This document shows positions 45,252-57,835 of a stretch of DNA of 64,000 bases, piece by piece. Position 1 is the stretch's first letter. The number at the start of each line of letters is the position of its first letter. The position numbers and the translations under genes are program-made. The stretch is from Candidatus Heimdallarchaeota archaeon (GTDB lineage Archaea > Asgardarchaeota > Heimdallarchaeia > JABLTI01), in contig JAHLVW010000036.1 of assembly GCA_019058275.1 (NCBI GenBank), forward strand, positions 32,001-96,000, given 5' to 3'. The notes under the pieces were generated by a model. That model was not told where the DNA came from and made no database searches. It was given only the letters and a program-made list of their open reading frames with translations.

Positions 45252-45815
45252 TTATACAAATGGATTTGGGATTACCTCTTTAGCAACTAGTATCAAAATT
45301 ACTGATATTGTAACTAGAGCTATTGAATACAGACTAAGTAAGCTAATTGGTATCCATTGTTCTATAAAGGTTAATTCATGATGCTTCTTCAATGGTTTCT
45401 CTTGTAATTTGCTGATTTGCCATTCAGCAAGTAACCCCTTAACCGGTAATTTTTTCTCAATCTCATTAATAACTTTGTATTTGCAACTGTTAAGATTCTT
45501 ATAATAGATAATAAGCAACCACCAACTAATAGAAACAAAAATACCTACGATTAAAATCATTGGAACAACTACAACTAAATCATTACTCATTAAAATGCCC
45601 AAAGCAACAAAAAGGAAACTATTAGCTGTGAGATAGAAACTGTTTGTTGTTGCTCTACGAGCACTGATTCTGTCAGCCATTTCAACATAAAGCTTGTACT
45701 GATCAAAAATAAGACTAGTATTATCTTGAAGACTATCTTTTGTGTTAAACATCTCTTCCAGAGGATTCTTATCATTCGATTTTGTTGACTGTTTTATTGC
45801 TTTTTTGTCAGGCAT
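45252..45815 (-). CDS. Small 3-TM membrane protein, candidate pore-forming effector
   Basis: QYKLYVEMADRISARR..TNSFY, TM1-TM2, YKNLNSCKYKVINEIEKKLP...EW, LTFIEQWIP, TM3. Confidence 0.65.
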   Translation of the reverse strand: MPDKKAIKQSTKSNDKNPLEEMFNTKDSLQDNTSLIFDQYKLYVEMADRISARRATTNSFYLTANSFLFVALGILMSNDLVVVVPMILIVGIFVSISWWLLIIYYKNLNSCKYKVINEIEKKLPVKGLLAEWQISKLQEKPLKKHHELTFIEQWIPISLLSLYSIALVTISVILILVAKEVIPNPFV

Positions 45816-46010
45816 AAAATCACAAACTAGTTCTTGAACTTTTCACTTATACAATATCCAAATCAGTGCTACCTTAAAAATTTTTGTTGTAAACCTCAAA
45901 TAGCAATCTGAACTAATTTTTTTATTAAATATTCGATACATTTTAAACTGCAATGTATGATGAAAATTATAACTGGTAAATTCGATTCTTAAAATGAAGG
46001 ATGATATTGT

Positions 46011-46565
46011 ATGTTTGAAGGAAAAATGGTAAGGCTACGGTCATTTGAATTAGAAGATTTAGATAGCATCATGCAACAATGGAATAAGATTAATTTGCGA
46101 AGAGAACTAGGTCCAATTGTTCCACATTCACGTAAAGAAAGGGAAGATTGGATTAGAAAAACGTGGGTTGATAGAAGAAATGGAAAAGCTTATGCCTTTG
46201 CAATAGATGATCTCAAAACTGGTGAATTCTTAGGCCATTGCATTCTAAATAATGTCAGATCAATAAACAGAACTGCATCAATTAGTGTAGCAATCTATGA
46301 TGAGAATAATCGTAGTAAGGGATATGGTACTGATGCAGTTAGAGTCTTACTAAAATTTGGTTTTGATTATCTAAATCTGCACCGAATTGGCTTAAATGTC
46401 TTCGATACAAATCCTAGAGCAATTCATGTTTATGAAAAAGTAGGTTTCAAGAAAGTAGGTATAATGAGACATACTGATTTCGTTGGGGGCGTATATGTAA
46501 ACGATGTAGCAATGGACATTCTTGAGGATGAATGGAGAGAATTGTATAAAAAAGAAAAGAAATAG
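46011..46565 (+). CDS. GNAT acetyltransferase (RimJ/RimL-like)
   Basis: RSKGYGTDA, LNLHRIGL, NPRAIHVYEKVGF. Confidence 0.88.
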   Translation: MFEGKMVRLRSFELEDLDSIMQQWNKINLRRELGPIVPHSRKEREDWIRKTWVDRRNGKAYAFAIDDLKTGEFLGHCILNNVRSINRTASISVAIYDENNRSKGYGTDAVRVLLKFGFDYLNLHRIGLNVFDTNPRAIHVYEKVGFKKVGIMRHTDFVGGVYVNDVAMDILEDEWRELYKKEKK

Positions 46566-46582
46566 GAAGAATAGTTACATTC

Positions 46583-48012
46583 CTATAAACATATCCAAAA
46601 CCATTTAGCATATTCAGGCGAATTTAATACTCAAGTGTCCGAAGGGATATGTATGTGGTTATCAAATCCGAACCTTTCAGCAACAGTTTCATAAACGAAA
46701 CCACATGTTCCAAATGATACATCATCGTCTATTGAATTAATAAAATAGTTTCTAACAATATCCACACTGCTTATTTCATCATACCATTGCAATGTATAAC
46801 TGATTACTCCTAAATCACCTAAGGTCATAATGACATCTATTGCAGTAATAACATCTTCATGGAATAAATCATTGCGAAGATTATGGGGAGTTACAGTAAT
46901 ATCATTAAATACCATAGTTTCTTCAGTTTTTATAATTCTGACTTCAAGAATGATAACTGCACCATTGTTTTCTTCGTATCTGAAGGTTTCCTCTCGATAG
47001 TACTCATAGATATCTGATATGAAATCTTCTGAAGTAGTGTATACCACAAAGGTTGTTCCTTCTTTCCAAGGATAATGATCCATGTGAAATACATTGTTCT
47101 CTCGCCATCCACCACTATAGTATGCATAGTACCACCAGTTACTTTTACCATCTGGTGAATCTATGACATCTGTGTTAAGTAAAGGATTGAAATGATAGGT
47201 CATATTTAACTTCCCCTGTTTTTCCAAGTGAACTAAAATATCAAACAAGGAAAAAGCTCCATCTGAAAAATATCCGGTCGAACTGTTTCAACTAGTGATG
47301 AATTGAAATCAAAAGAATCAGTTCCTATTCTTAATGATGAATTGATACCTCGATCATTATCTGGCAGAAAGAAAATTGTACCTTTTGGGATTGCTGCGAT
47401 TATAATTATTGTAATGAGTGCTGATGTTGCAATGGTTGTTGCAGTATTTGGAGTTATACTCTTTACTTTGTTACGAATAAAGACAAACTTTACTCCAATA
47501 GCAACATGGATAATTATGAAGATAGTTAGCAGTGAATCAAAGATTCTATGCCATTCAAATGTTATGACTTTACATATTGAACTAGCATACCACTCGTATC
47601 CGTTAAGACCTGAAAGAACAACGAATATTGCTGTAATAATTATTAGCCAGCTTGAAACCCTTGATGTGATTTTTAGAACATATAAGAAGGTTGCTCTTCT
47701 ATTTTTAACATTCGATATCATTCTGGACCATTTAGCTCGCATAAAGATTGCTGTGTAGATAATATGAGTAATTAAAATTGGTAGAAATATCCATTCAATA
47801 ACCCTATGAATTGTAGCCATTCGATAATAATTATCAAACCAGCCATGAGTAAGACTATAACCAGTATAGATAGTTGCAGTTGCTAGAGGTACAAGCAACT
47901 AAGAAATAATTCTATGAATAATTACTTTTATATTGGGTATATTCTAACAAGGTTATACACGCTACGGTGAAATAATAAAATACTCGATTATTTCTTGAGA
48001 AGAAAATTCCAT
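46583..48012 (-). pseudogene. Disrupted gene: N-terminal cytochrome-b-like membrane domain fused to a conserved soluble domain
   Basis: HRIIS*(TAG)LLVPL upstream of track ORF 47233-47898; frameshift in a T-run at ~47265 (RPDIF/SDGAFSLFDIL) joins ORF 46631-47248; in-frame TGA at 46631 followed by VLNSPEYAKWFWICL*; several TM His residues. Confidence 0.65.
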
Positions 48013-48063
48013 TTTGTTTTAGGATATATACTGTTTATAGTAAATCTTTATTAGATTCTAAAT

Positions 48064-48252
48064 TCACTCGTCATATTTTCGACCTACAATCTTCATATAC
48101 TTAGCTAATTTGTCATGTAATCTGTCAACTTGTTGAATAACACTCTCTATTTCTATCCGCTCCATTCCCTCAACGATATTTGCTTCATTAAACTCAGATA
48201 TTTTATTATTTAGTTGTTCAAAAGCTTGCAATAAGTCTCTGCTTTTCTTCAT
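48064..48252 (-). CDS. Small helical hypothetical protein
   Basis: 62-aa amphipathic ORF with ATG start and GAGGG upstream. Confidence 0.45.
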   Translation of the reverse strand: MKKSRDLLQAFEQLNNKISEFNEANIVEGMERIEIESVIQQVDRLHDKLAKYMKIVGRKYDE

Positions 48253-48363
48253 CTACAGCCCTCTGGAAAATGTGCAAAGAAATACACATTGTTAACATGT
48301 AAAAATAATGGATAGTTTGATATAATTTCTATGGTCCAATTGAGCTTAAAAGAGAGTGGGTTT

Positions 48364-48405
48364 GAGATGGACTGAAGAAGGAAAGGAAATGTATCAGTCC
48401 ATCTC
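48364..48405. repeat. 12-bp perfect inverted repeat
   Basis: GAGATGGACTGA (48364-48375) ... TCAGTCCATCTC (48394-48405). Confidence 0.7.
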
Positions 48406-48984
48406 GGTTCTTTAGCCGGAGAATTATTGCTAAAGCATGACATAATGGATTATTAATCCTGTTCACTTCATTAGGGGGGCTATTTGGTTTGTCTAGTTTT
48501 TCTGGAGGATAGATTAACTAGTTTTCTCCGGCATATGGAAAGTGTTTTTGGGATTCTTATGTTCTAAAAGTTCTTGGCTTTTCTCCAGCTTTGTTTTGAT
48601 TTATAATCAGGATTCTTTTTGGTTCTTTGTTACCAAGTTAATTGTTTCGTTGTGATTAGATTGTTATTATGAATTGTTATTTTGTAATCATTGACTGTTA
48701 GTTATTTTATGGAGAGTTTGTTTTTCTTTGTAAGGTGATCGTTTTAGCAACCAGTTTTGTCGTTGTTTTTAGTTTTCTAGTTGTTTGCCAAGGTTTTGAG
48801 GTGAATAATTGTGGTTTGTTATCCAATTAATACATCATCTTGAAACTATTAAAGCGTTTTAGAAAAAACGCTATGTGCTTGTAGGCAAAGGATACGGGGA
48901 TTCTAATAAAAACATCCGCTCTTTTTTTGTGATAGTGACAAAAAGAAAAAGTAGATTTTCACAAAATAATTGCTGTTAATCTGA

Positions 48985-49668
48985 CTAGTCGTATAATGAA
49001 TTTAATTTAAAAACAAATTCTTTTGCTTCAGTAATAGATAAATCATACCAATTTTTGTATGCACTAGCTACTGCAAATGAAAATCCCTCACGAATATTCA
49101 AACAATATATTTTAGTAACAAAAGGCAAAATATTTTCAACAGATCTAAGTGGAGCTGTTGGAACAGCCAAGGTAATTTCAGATGCTCCCAATTTTTTTAT
49201 CCATTGGGAACCTGCTTTCATTGAAAATCCAGAAGCAATTCCATCATCAACAATTAAAATTTTTTTATTTTCAAGAGAGGGTATATCTGGAAGGCCAAAC
49301 TCAGCTCGAAGCTTAGTTATTCTCTCTATTGCTTGTTTAATCTGAACTTTTGTTTGCGAATTTGAAATGGTATAATGTGAGATTAACTGATCATTAAGAA
49401 TCACTTGCCCATCTGGTGTAACTGCTCCCATGCCTGCTTCTGTCGACCATGGAACTTGTACTTTACGAACTATCAATAAGTTATAAGGAATAATATCAAA
49501 ATCCTTAGCTGATAGTAAACCAAAACCTACTGGTAAACCACCACTAGGAATTATGAGCAAAATATCAAACTCACTCTTTTGAATTAACTTTGCAAGCATC
49601 TCCCCAGCTTGAACTCGAGTATCAAAAATGTATTCCTTATTGTGTAAGCTTTTATCCTCTACTATCAC
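48985..49668 (-). CDS. Phosphoribosyltransferase-family protein
   Basis: FDTRVQAG, IPSGGLPVG, VRKV, LIVDDGIASG PRPP motif, AVPTAP. Confidence 0.88.
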   Translation of the reverse strand: MIVEDKSLHNKEYIFDTRVQAGEMLAKLIQKSEFDILLIIPSGGLPVGFGLLSAKDFDIIPYNLLIVRKVQVPWSTEAGMGAVTPDGQVILNDQLISHYTISNSQTKVQIKQAIERITKLRAEFGLPDIPSLENKKILIVDDGIASGFSMKAGSQWIKKLGASEITLAVPTAPLRSVENILPFVTKIYCLNIREGFSFAVASAYKNWYDLSITEAKEFVFKLNSLYD

Positions 49669-49745
49669 AACACATCAAATATACTATTCAAACTTGATTA
49701 AAATAAATTGTTAACAGAGAATCGAATAAAGTTTGAATCCTATCA

Positions 49746-50135
49746 TTAATTTTGACCATGACATGCTTCTATGGTCCAATCGATGAGAGGTAATAGAGCT
49801 GAAGCAAGATTTTCTCCTTTCTTAGTTAAAAAATATTCAACTTTTGGGGGCAATTCAGGAAAGACTTCTCTTTGAAGCAATCCTTCTTTAGTGAATTCAT
49901 TCAATCTTGTAGATAGTGTTGCATCACTAATTCGATCTTTTTTCCATCCTTTTTGGAGCATATCTCTGAGTTTATGATATCGAATTCTTTTACCATCTTT
50001 CAGTAGATAAATTAATCTAATTCCCCATTTTTTACTAATTAGTTTAAGCATTCTTTGAGCTGGAATAAAACAAGGGAAACTTTTGTTATCTTTCAAACAA
50101 TCATCTTTTTTGGGGGTTTCTATAACGTCTTTCAT
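49746..50135 (-). CDS. HxlR/DUF24-family winged-HTH regulator
   Basis: LISKKWG, ISDATLSTRL, FPELPPKVEYFLT; N-terminal Cys residues. Confidence 0.88.
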   Translation of the reverse strand: MKDVIETPKKDDCLKDNKSFPCFIPAQRMLKLISKKWGIRLIYLLKDGKRIRYHKLRDMLQKGWKKDRISDATLSTRLNEFTKEGLLQREVFPELPPKVEYFLTKKGENLASALLPLIDWTIEACHGQN

Positions 50136-50138
50136 ATT

Positions 50139-50234
50139 ACTTCACATTCTTGAAGTTACTCAAAAGTAATTTAGCGAGACTTTAAATATAAATACTTTCA
50201 TAACTAAAGTAATAATACTTTAAAAATTAAAGTG
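50139..50234. promoter_or_regulatory. Cluster of TACT...AGTA inverted repeats, probable HxlR operator
   Basis: ACTTCA-N6-TGAAGT (50139-50156), TTACT-N4-AGTAA (50156-50169), TACTTT-N7-AAAGTA (50193-50211), TACTTT-N7-AAAGTG (50216-50234). Confidence 0.55.
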
Positions 50235-50244
50235 TGGTGAAGAA

Positions 50245-50403
50245 ATGAATAATGATTGCAAAGGAAAACCTAAACACAAATGTGGAGAATTCAAAGGAAA
50301 TGAAGATAAAGAAGCAAAACTCAAGCATCTAAAGGAATGTAGAGAAGATTTGTTAGAAAAAGTCGATGAAATAGATCAAGCAATTAAAAAGCTAGAAGAG
50401 TAA
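50245..50403 (+). CDS. Small coiled-coil protein (52 aa), not in ORF track
   Basis: GGTGA RBS; MNNDCKGKPKHKCGEFKGNEDKEAKLKHLKECREDLLEKVDEIDQAIKKLEE*. Confidence 0.7.
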   Translation: MNNDCKGKPKHKCGEFKGNEDKEAKLKHLKECREDLLEKVDEIDQAIKKLEE

Positions 50404-50412
50404 ATAAATTAC

Positions 50413-53616
<3,204 letters not shown>

Positions 53617-53777
53617 TTATTCAATAAATTCTTAAAATATTATTGGAATGTAGGAATATTCGTTAAAAGTAATTTTTTATCTAAAAACATTATTTGAAGT
53701 GCACAAAATGAATACAAATTCTAAAAAATCAGCAAAACCACAAATAACATTTAAACAATAAAAACTAAAGATTATGT

Positions 53778-54233
53778 ATGATAGCTAATTTTCTAAAAAC
53801 AGCAATTGATAGGCATTTTGATGAAACAAAATCAATAATAATGCAATTATCAGATGATATATTTGACAGTAAAGCAACACAAAAAACACGAAAAACTGCA
53901 GAAATTATACTACATATGATTAGATCTTTCGAATTTTACTCTCGAGGTTTAAGTGAAGGTGAATGGATTCCCGCACCTTACAGTTTATCAAAATATAATG
54001 ATTCTCAGAAAGTATTAGCTCTTTATGATGAAGTTGTATCAATTACTAAATCATATTTAGAGAAATTAACAGATGAATCATTAGAAGAAATACTAAACCA
54101 ATTTAATCGTACTGCAACAAAAGGTGAACTCTTATTGGAAATGCTTGAACATAGCGTACATCATAGAGGGCAACTTACTGTTTATTATAGATTATATGAA
54201 AAAAAGCCAGCAGAAATTAAATACATAATATAA
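53778..54233 (+). CDS. DinB family protein
   Basis: EIILHM...EHSVHHRGQL. Confidence 0.85.
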   Translation: MIANFLKTAIDRHFDETKSIIMQLSDDIFDSKATQKTRKTAEIILHMIRSFEFYSRGLSEGEWIPAPYSLSKYNDSQKVLALYDEVVSITKSYLEKLTDESLEEILNQFNRTATKGELLLEMLEHSVHHRGQLTVYYRLYEKKPAEIKYII

Positions 54234-54333
54234 AAAAAAGAGATGGTACTTTCAATTGTAAACATTTTTATCGAGAAATAAATATGATAACATAAAAGAA
54301 TTACAATCTAAATTATTGTAATAAAGAATCAAG

Positions 54334-54777
54334 GTGAAATTTTTGAACCCAAGATGGAGAATACCTGGAAGAATAATTCGTAATGCTGTTAGAAGAAATG
54401 TACGACGTAATGTCAGAAGACAAATAAGAAGATCATTTATGCGTCGTAGAGCTAGAAGATGGATAGTTGGTGGAGCAGTCCTTTTGGCAATTGCAGGAAC
54501 TCATAGAGCAGTAAAATTACGTGATGAAGATGCAAAACAACTGGAACAGCATTATGGTCGACCAGTTGAAGAATTGTCTGAAGATGAAATTAATCAAGGA
54601 ATGAACTATTACAATATGCAACCACTAACAATCGAAGAAGATGATAGACAGAAGATTTATGATGACGATGATCAAGCAGAAGGATTCAAAGCTCAAGGTC
54701 AAAAGTATTGTATTCAATGTGGATATTTACTTCTCAGAGATGCAAGCTTTTGCAAAAGCTGTGGAGCTCAAGTTTAA
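54334..54777 (+). CDS. Arg-rich N-terminus / acidic middle / Zn-ribbon protein
   Basis: RRNVRRNVRRQIRRSFMRRRARRW, then a hydrophobic stretch and C-terminal CIQCG...CKSCG. Confidence 0.65.
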   Translation: MKFLNPRWRIPGRIIRNAVRRNVRRNVRRQIRRSFMRRRARRWIVGGAVLLAIAGTHRAVKLRDEDAKQLEQHYGRPVEELSEDEINQGMNYYNMQPLTIEEDDRQKIYDDDDQAEGFKAQGQKYCIQCGYLLLRDASFCKSCGAQV

Positions 54778-54860
54778 TTGTTCATACAATTAAGCTACCT
54801 CATTTTTCTTTCTATTATGACTAATTCATAGTTAAATATCACTATATAGAATATCACTAT

Positions 54861-55649
54861 ATGATTAATTGGTTGATATCTTTGAAGAAAAAAGAAATTT
54901 TCTCACTAATAATAAATCCAATACGAAATAAAATCATTCAACGATTAAATAAATACGAAAAAGCTTCTTATTCAGGTCTATTTGATTCAGCAAATGAACA
55001 TATACATCCTTTAAGTAGCACTGGGAATTTCAATTATCATCTCAATTTTCTAATTAATAATGATATAATTAGAAAAGAAGGAATCGTTTACAAATTAAGT
55101 GATAAAGGAAAGGAAATTGCTAGATTCGTTAAATATGTCGATCAAAAATGGTTTAAATTAGAAAGAATCATAAGAGGTGGAAATTTGAGCTTGTATGCTT
55201 TAGCTGAAAGTTTTGAAGAAGAAACTGGATTAAAAATGAATAAAGAGGTAATTGATTTCAAAGGTTCAGAAATGATAATGGATGATAAGCAAATTATAGG
55301 AATTTTTCAAGAAGGAATAGAAAATAAATTTTTTTCAGATTATAAGGAATTAGATATTGAAAAATTCTCTATACAAAAAATCTCAGATGAATCAATACTA
55401 AATGAAACAAAAACAGTAATTCTGCTAAAACATCCGGAATTAGATTATTATCTCTCGCCTAAATACTATGGAATAGTTGAAGATTATTTAGAAAGATATT
55501 TTGGTAAAACAGTTGTTTATGCAAATGTATTAAATCCATCACCATTTCTATTTATCGCAACTACTAAAAATAAAAGATGTTCGTTTGTAATTGCCCCTTC
55601 ATTTTTCGATAAAAATCAAATTAAGATGATCGAAAAGAAAGAGAAGTAA
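54861..55649 (+). CDS. ArsR-like winged-HTH protein with uncharacterised C-terminal domain
   Basis: NPIRNKII, SSTGNFNYHLNFL, YKLSDKG. Confidence 0.7.
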   Translation: MINWLISLKKKEIFSLIINPIRNKIIQRLNKYEKASYSGLFDSANEHIHPLSSTGNFNYHLNFLINNDIIRKEGIVYKLSDKGKEIARFVKYVDQKWFKLERIIRGGNLSLYALAESFEEETGLKMNKEVIDFKGSEMIMDDKQIIGIFQEGIENKFFSDYKELDIEKFSIQKISDESILNETKTVILLKHPELDYYLSPKYYGIVEDYLERYFGKTVVYANVLNPSPFLFIATTKNKRCSFVIAPSFFDKNQIKMIEKKEK

Positions 55650-55683
55650 ATATATCTCTTTCTACTTTTTTTGTTGTGCACAA

Positions 55684-56670
55684 CTATTTTTTATGATTCT
55701 TCCTTGCTAGATATGTATCAAATAGCGAAACTTTTTCATCGAAAGGCTGAGGCCAAGTGTAACAAGAAGATCTCACAATTAGGATATTTAATTTCATAGG
55801 TAGGATTCCTATGCCTAAAACAGTAACAAACATGAGGAATAACCAAACATTAACATTACTGGCAGAAGTTACAAGAGTAGAGAAACCGTCTACCAAGTAA
55901 TGAACAATAATACAAGGTATAAGGCTATTTGCTTTTATAAACAAATATGCTAGAAATATTCCAAAGAATGTTGTATAAATAACTTGAAAGAGTACCTGAA
56001 ATATCATTTCATTATTAAATTCTGTTCCAAAGACGATGAGTCCTAAAAACGCTCCAAAAATATTTACAAGATGAAATGCTCCAAATAAAATACCATTAAT
56101 AAAAATTGAAGTTCTTTCACTGTAGATTTTTAGTAACAGAACAAGTATAATACCACGAAAAGCGACTTCTTCCCAAATACCTGGTCTTAAAGAAGTGTAA
56201 ATGTTTATCGTACTAGGATTAATCAACAAATTTGGATCAAAGATAACTTGTCCAGTTGTGCTTGTAAGTGTAGTCAAATAGGTAGCAAACAGCATACAAG
56301 CTAAAGTAACAATTGCAGTAATAAAACCTAAGACGACTGTACGGAAAGCTGGTTTGATATTAACAACTCTTATACCCTTTGTATATCCAACAAATTTCCT
56401 TCCATTTGGTAATCCTAAAGCAAAAGGTACGATGATGATAAATAAAATCGCAACACCAAAAAAGTCTATTAAATGAGCTACATAAAGATGTGTATTATAA
56501 AATGTTTGATTAACAAATATTGCATAGAGTAATCCTGGTAGGAGTAAAAAAATAACATATAAGAATAATAATATAAATATCCCCATCCAAGGATGTTCAC
56601 TTAACCAAGTAGATTCTTGTTTTTTACTGCTTTTTCTTGTTTTATTTGAAACCATAAAATTCAAATCCAC
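55684..56670 (-). CDS. CPBP (CAAX protease-like) intramembrane metalloprotease
   Basis: WEEVAFRG, FGAFH, IIVHYLVD; multiple TM helices. Confidence 0.88.
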   Translation of the reverse strand: MDLNFMVSNKTRKSSKKQESTWLSEHPWMGIFILLFLYVIFLLLPGLLYAIFVNQTFYNTHLYVAHLIDFFGVAILFIIIVPFALGLPNGRKFVGYTKGIRVVNIKPAFRTVVLGFITAIVTLACMLFATYLTTLTSTTGQVIFDPNLLINPSTINIYTSLRPGIWEEVAFRGIILVLLLKIYSERTSIFINGILFGAFHLVNIFGAFLGLIVFGTEFNNEMIFQVLFQVIYTTFFGIFLAYLFIKANSLIPCIIVHYLVDGFSTLVTSASNVNVWLFLMFVTVLGIGILPMKLNILIVRSSCYTWPQPFDEKVSLFDTYLARKNHKK

Positions 56671-56771
56671 AATGTTTTAACAAAAAAATTTCCCACAAAG
56701 CTGGGATTTTAAGTTAGTTAATCTATGACCTATCTTGTATTAAATAATTATGAAGAAAAAGAAAAAAAGAA

Positions 56772-57245
56772 TCATTTGAGATTCTTACTAATTTCTTTAA
56801 CCCAGTCTTCTATATGCTCTTTTTTCCAGTTGTCAACCATTGGTTTGCCAAACATAATCAAGCGACCACCAAAGGCTGTAGTAGCAACTGGTTTGATTTT
56901 TGGATATTTGACTAATTTGTCATCAATATACTTCTTGATAGCAACATGCAATTTTTCTTCACTATTCTCTGCTCTAGCTTCTCCAGAGCAAACGTAAAAA
57001 CAAACTTTCTTATCTTTCAGGTTATTTTTCAAGAATTTCTTTACATGTCTTGTCCATTGTCCAATAGCTATACCAGTTCCAATTATAACATTCTTGTAAT
57101 CATCTAAGTTTACTTTTCCACTCTTCTTCAAGTTTACAACATCAACAGTATGTTTGTGTTTACTCGAGAGAACTTCAGCAATGACATCTGCTGTTTTAGC
57201 TGCCATTCCCATCCTTGTGCCATATACTATTAGTGTTTTTGTCAT
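56772..57245 (-). CDS. Flavodoxin-domain protein (HemG-like)
   Basis: LIVYGTRMGMAAKTA, VIIGTGI, AFGG. Confidence 0.8.
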   Translation of the reverse strand: MTKTLIVYGTRMGMAAKTADVIAEVLSSKHKHTVDVVNLKKSGKVNLDDYKNVIIGTGIAIGQWTRHVKKFLKNNLKDKKVCFYVCSGEARAENSEEKLHVAIKKYIDDKLVKYPKIKPVATTAFGGRLIMFGKPMVDNWKKEHIEDWVKEISKNLK

Positions 57246-57332
57246 AGTATCACCAATAATACATATTTGAATTAATGCTTATAATATTTTCAAATAAAAA
57301 ACTTGATAAAAGACACTATTCTTCATCAAGTC

Positions 57333-57788
57333 TTATGGAAATAAATCTATTACAATTTTAACTGCATCAACAACAAATTTTGGGCAGATTGTACTAAAAA
57401 TTCCTTCATCGTTTCCCTTCTGGCGAGCATCAGGATTTGTCATATCGAATCCAACAAGTTCATTACAAATTGGCGTATCATGAATTTCACTGAATTTCTC
57501 AATTAACTCAGCAGTTGATTTGTATGTTGCAGCTTTAAGTTCTGATCTGTCATCAATTGTTTGTTCATGTATAACTCCTATAGCCATAATTGCTCCAGTT
57601 AAGGTCCCACATATTTCACCTCTACGACTAATACCTCCACCAAATCCTGCAGCAACCATAGGAGCTTCGTTAAAATATAATCCCTTGTGCTCAAGTACTG
57701 TTCTTAAAACTGCTTGTGCACAATTATATCCAGTAGCGAAGTAATCTTTAGCTATTTTTTCAATATCATCTGTCATCTTGTAACTCAA
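57333..57788 (-). CDS. C_GCAxxG_C_C family putative redox protein
   Basis: GYNCAQAV, GFGGG, ICGTLTGA, PICNEL, ICPKFV. Confidence 0.88.
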   Translation of the reverse strand: MSYKMTDDIEKIAKDYFATGYNCAQAVLRTVLEHKGLYFNEAPMVAAGFGGGISRRGEICGTLTGAIMAIGVIHEQTIDDRSELKAATYKSTAELIEKFSEIHDTPICNELVGFDMTNPDARQKGNDEGIFSTICPKFVVDAVKIVIDLFP

Positions 57789-57835
57789 ACCATAAATCTG
57801 TTGATAGTTTTATCACAAAAATGGTTATAAGTATT

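Noticed and set aside
44827-45815. Naming the pair a canonical Thoeris system
   Set aside because: No ThsA (SIR2-SLOG or TM-Macro) gene is present and the genes are convergent
46631-46633. In-frame TGA as selenocysteine (and TAGs at 43338 and ~47900 as pyrrolysine)
   Set aside because: The same genes also carry frameshifts or other stops, and the contexts look like mutated Arg/Trp-type codons, so pseudogenisation is more likely
48249-48443. 64-aa ORF in the skewed island
   Set aside because: No recognisable features, and it spans the 12-bp inverted repeat; more likely non-coding
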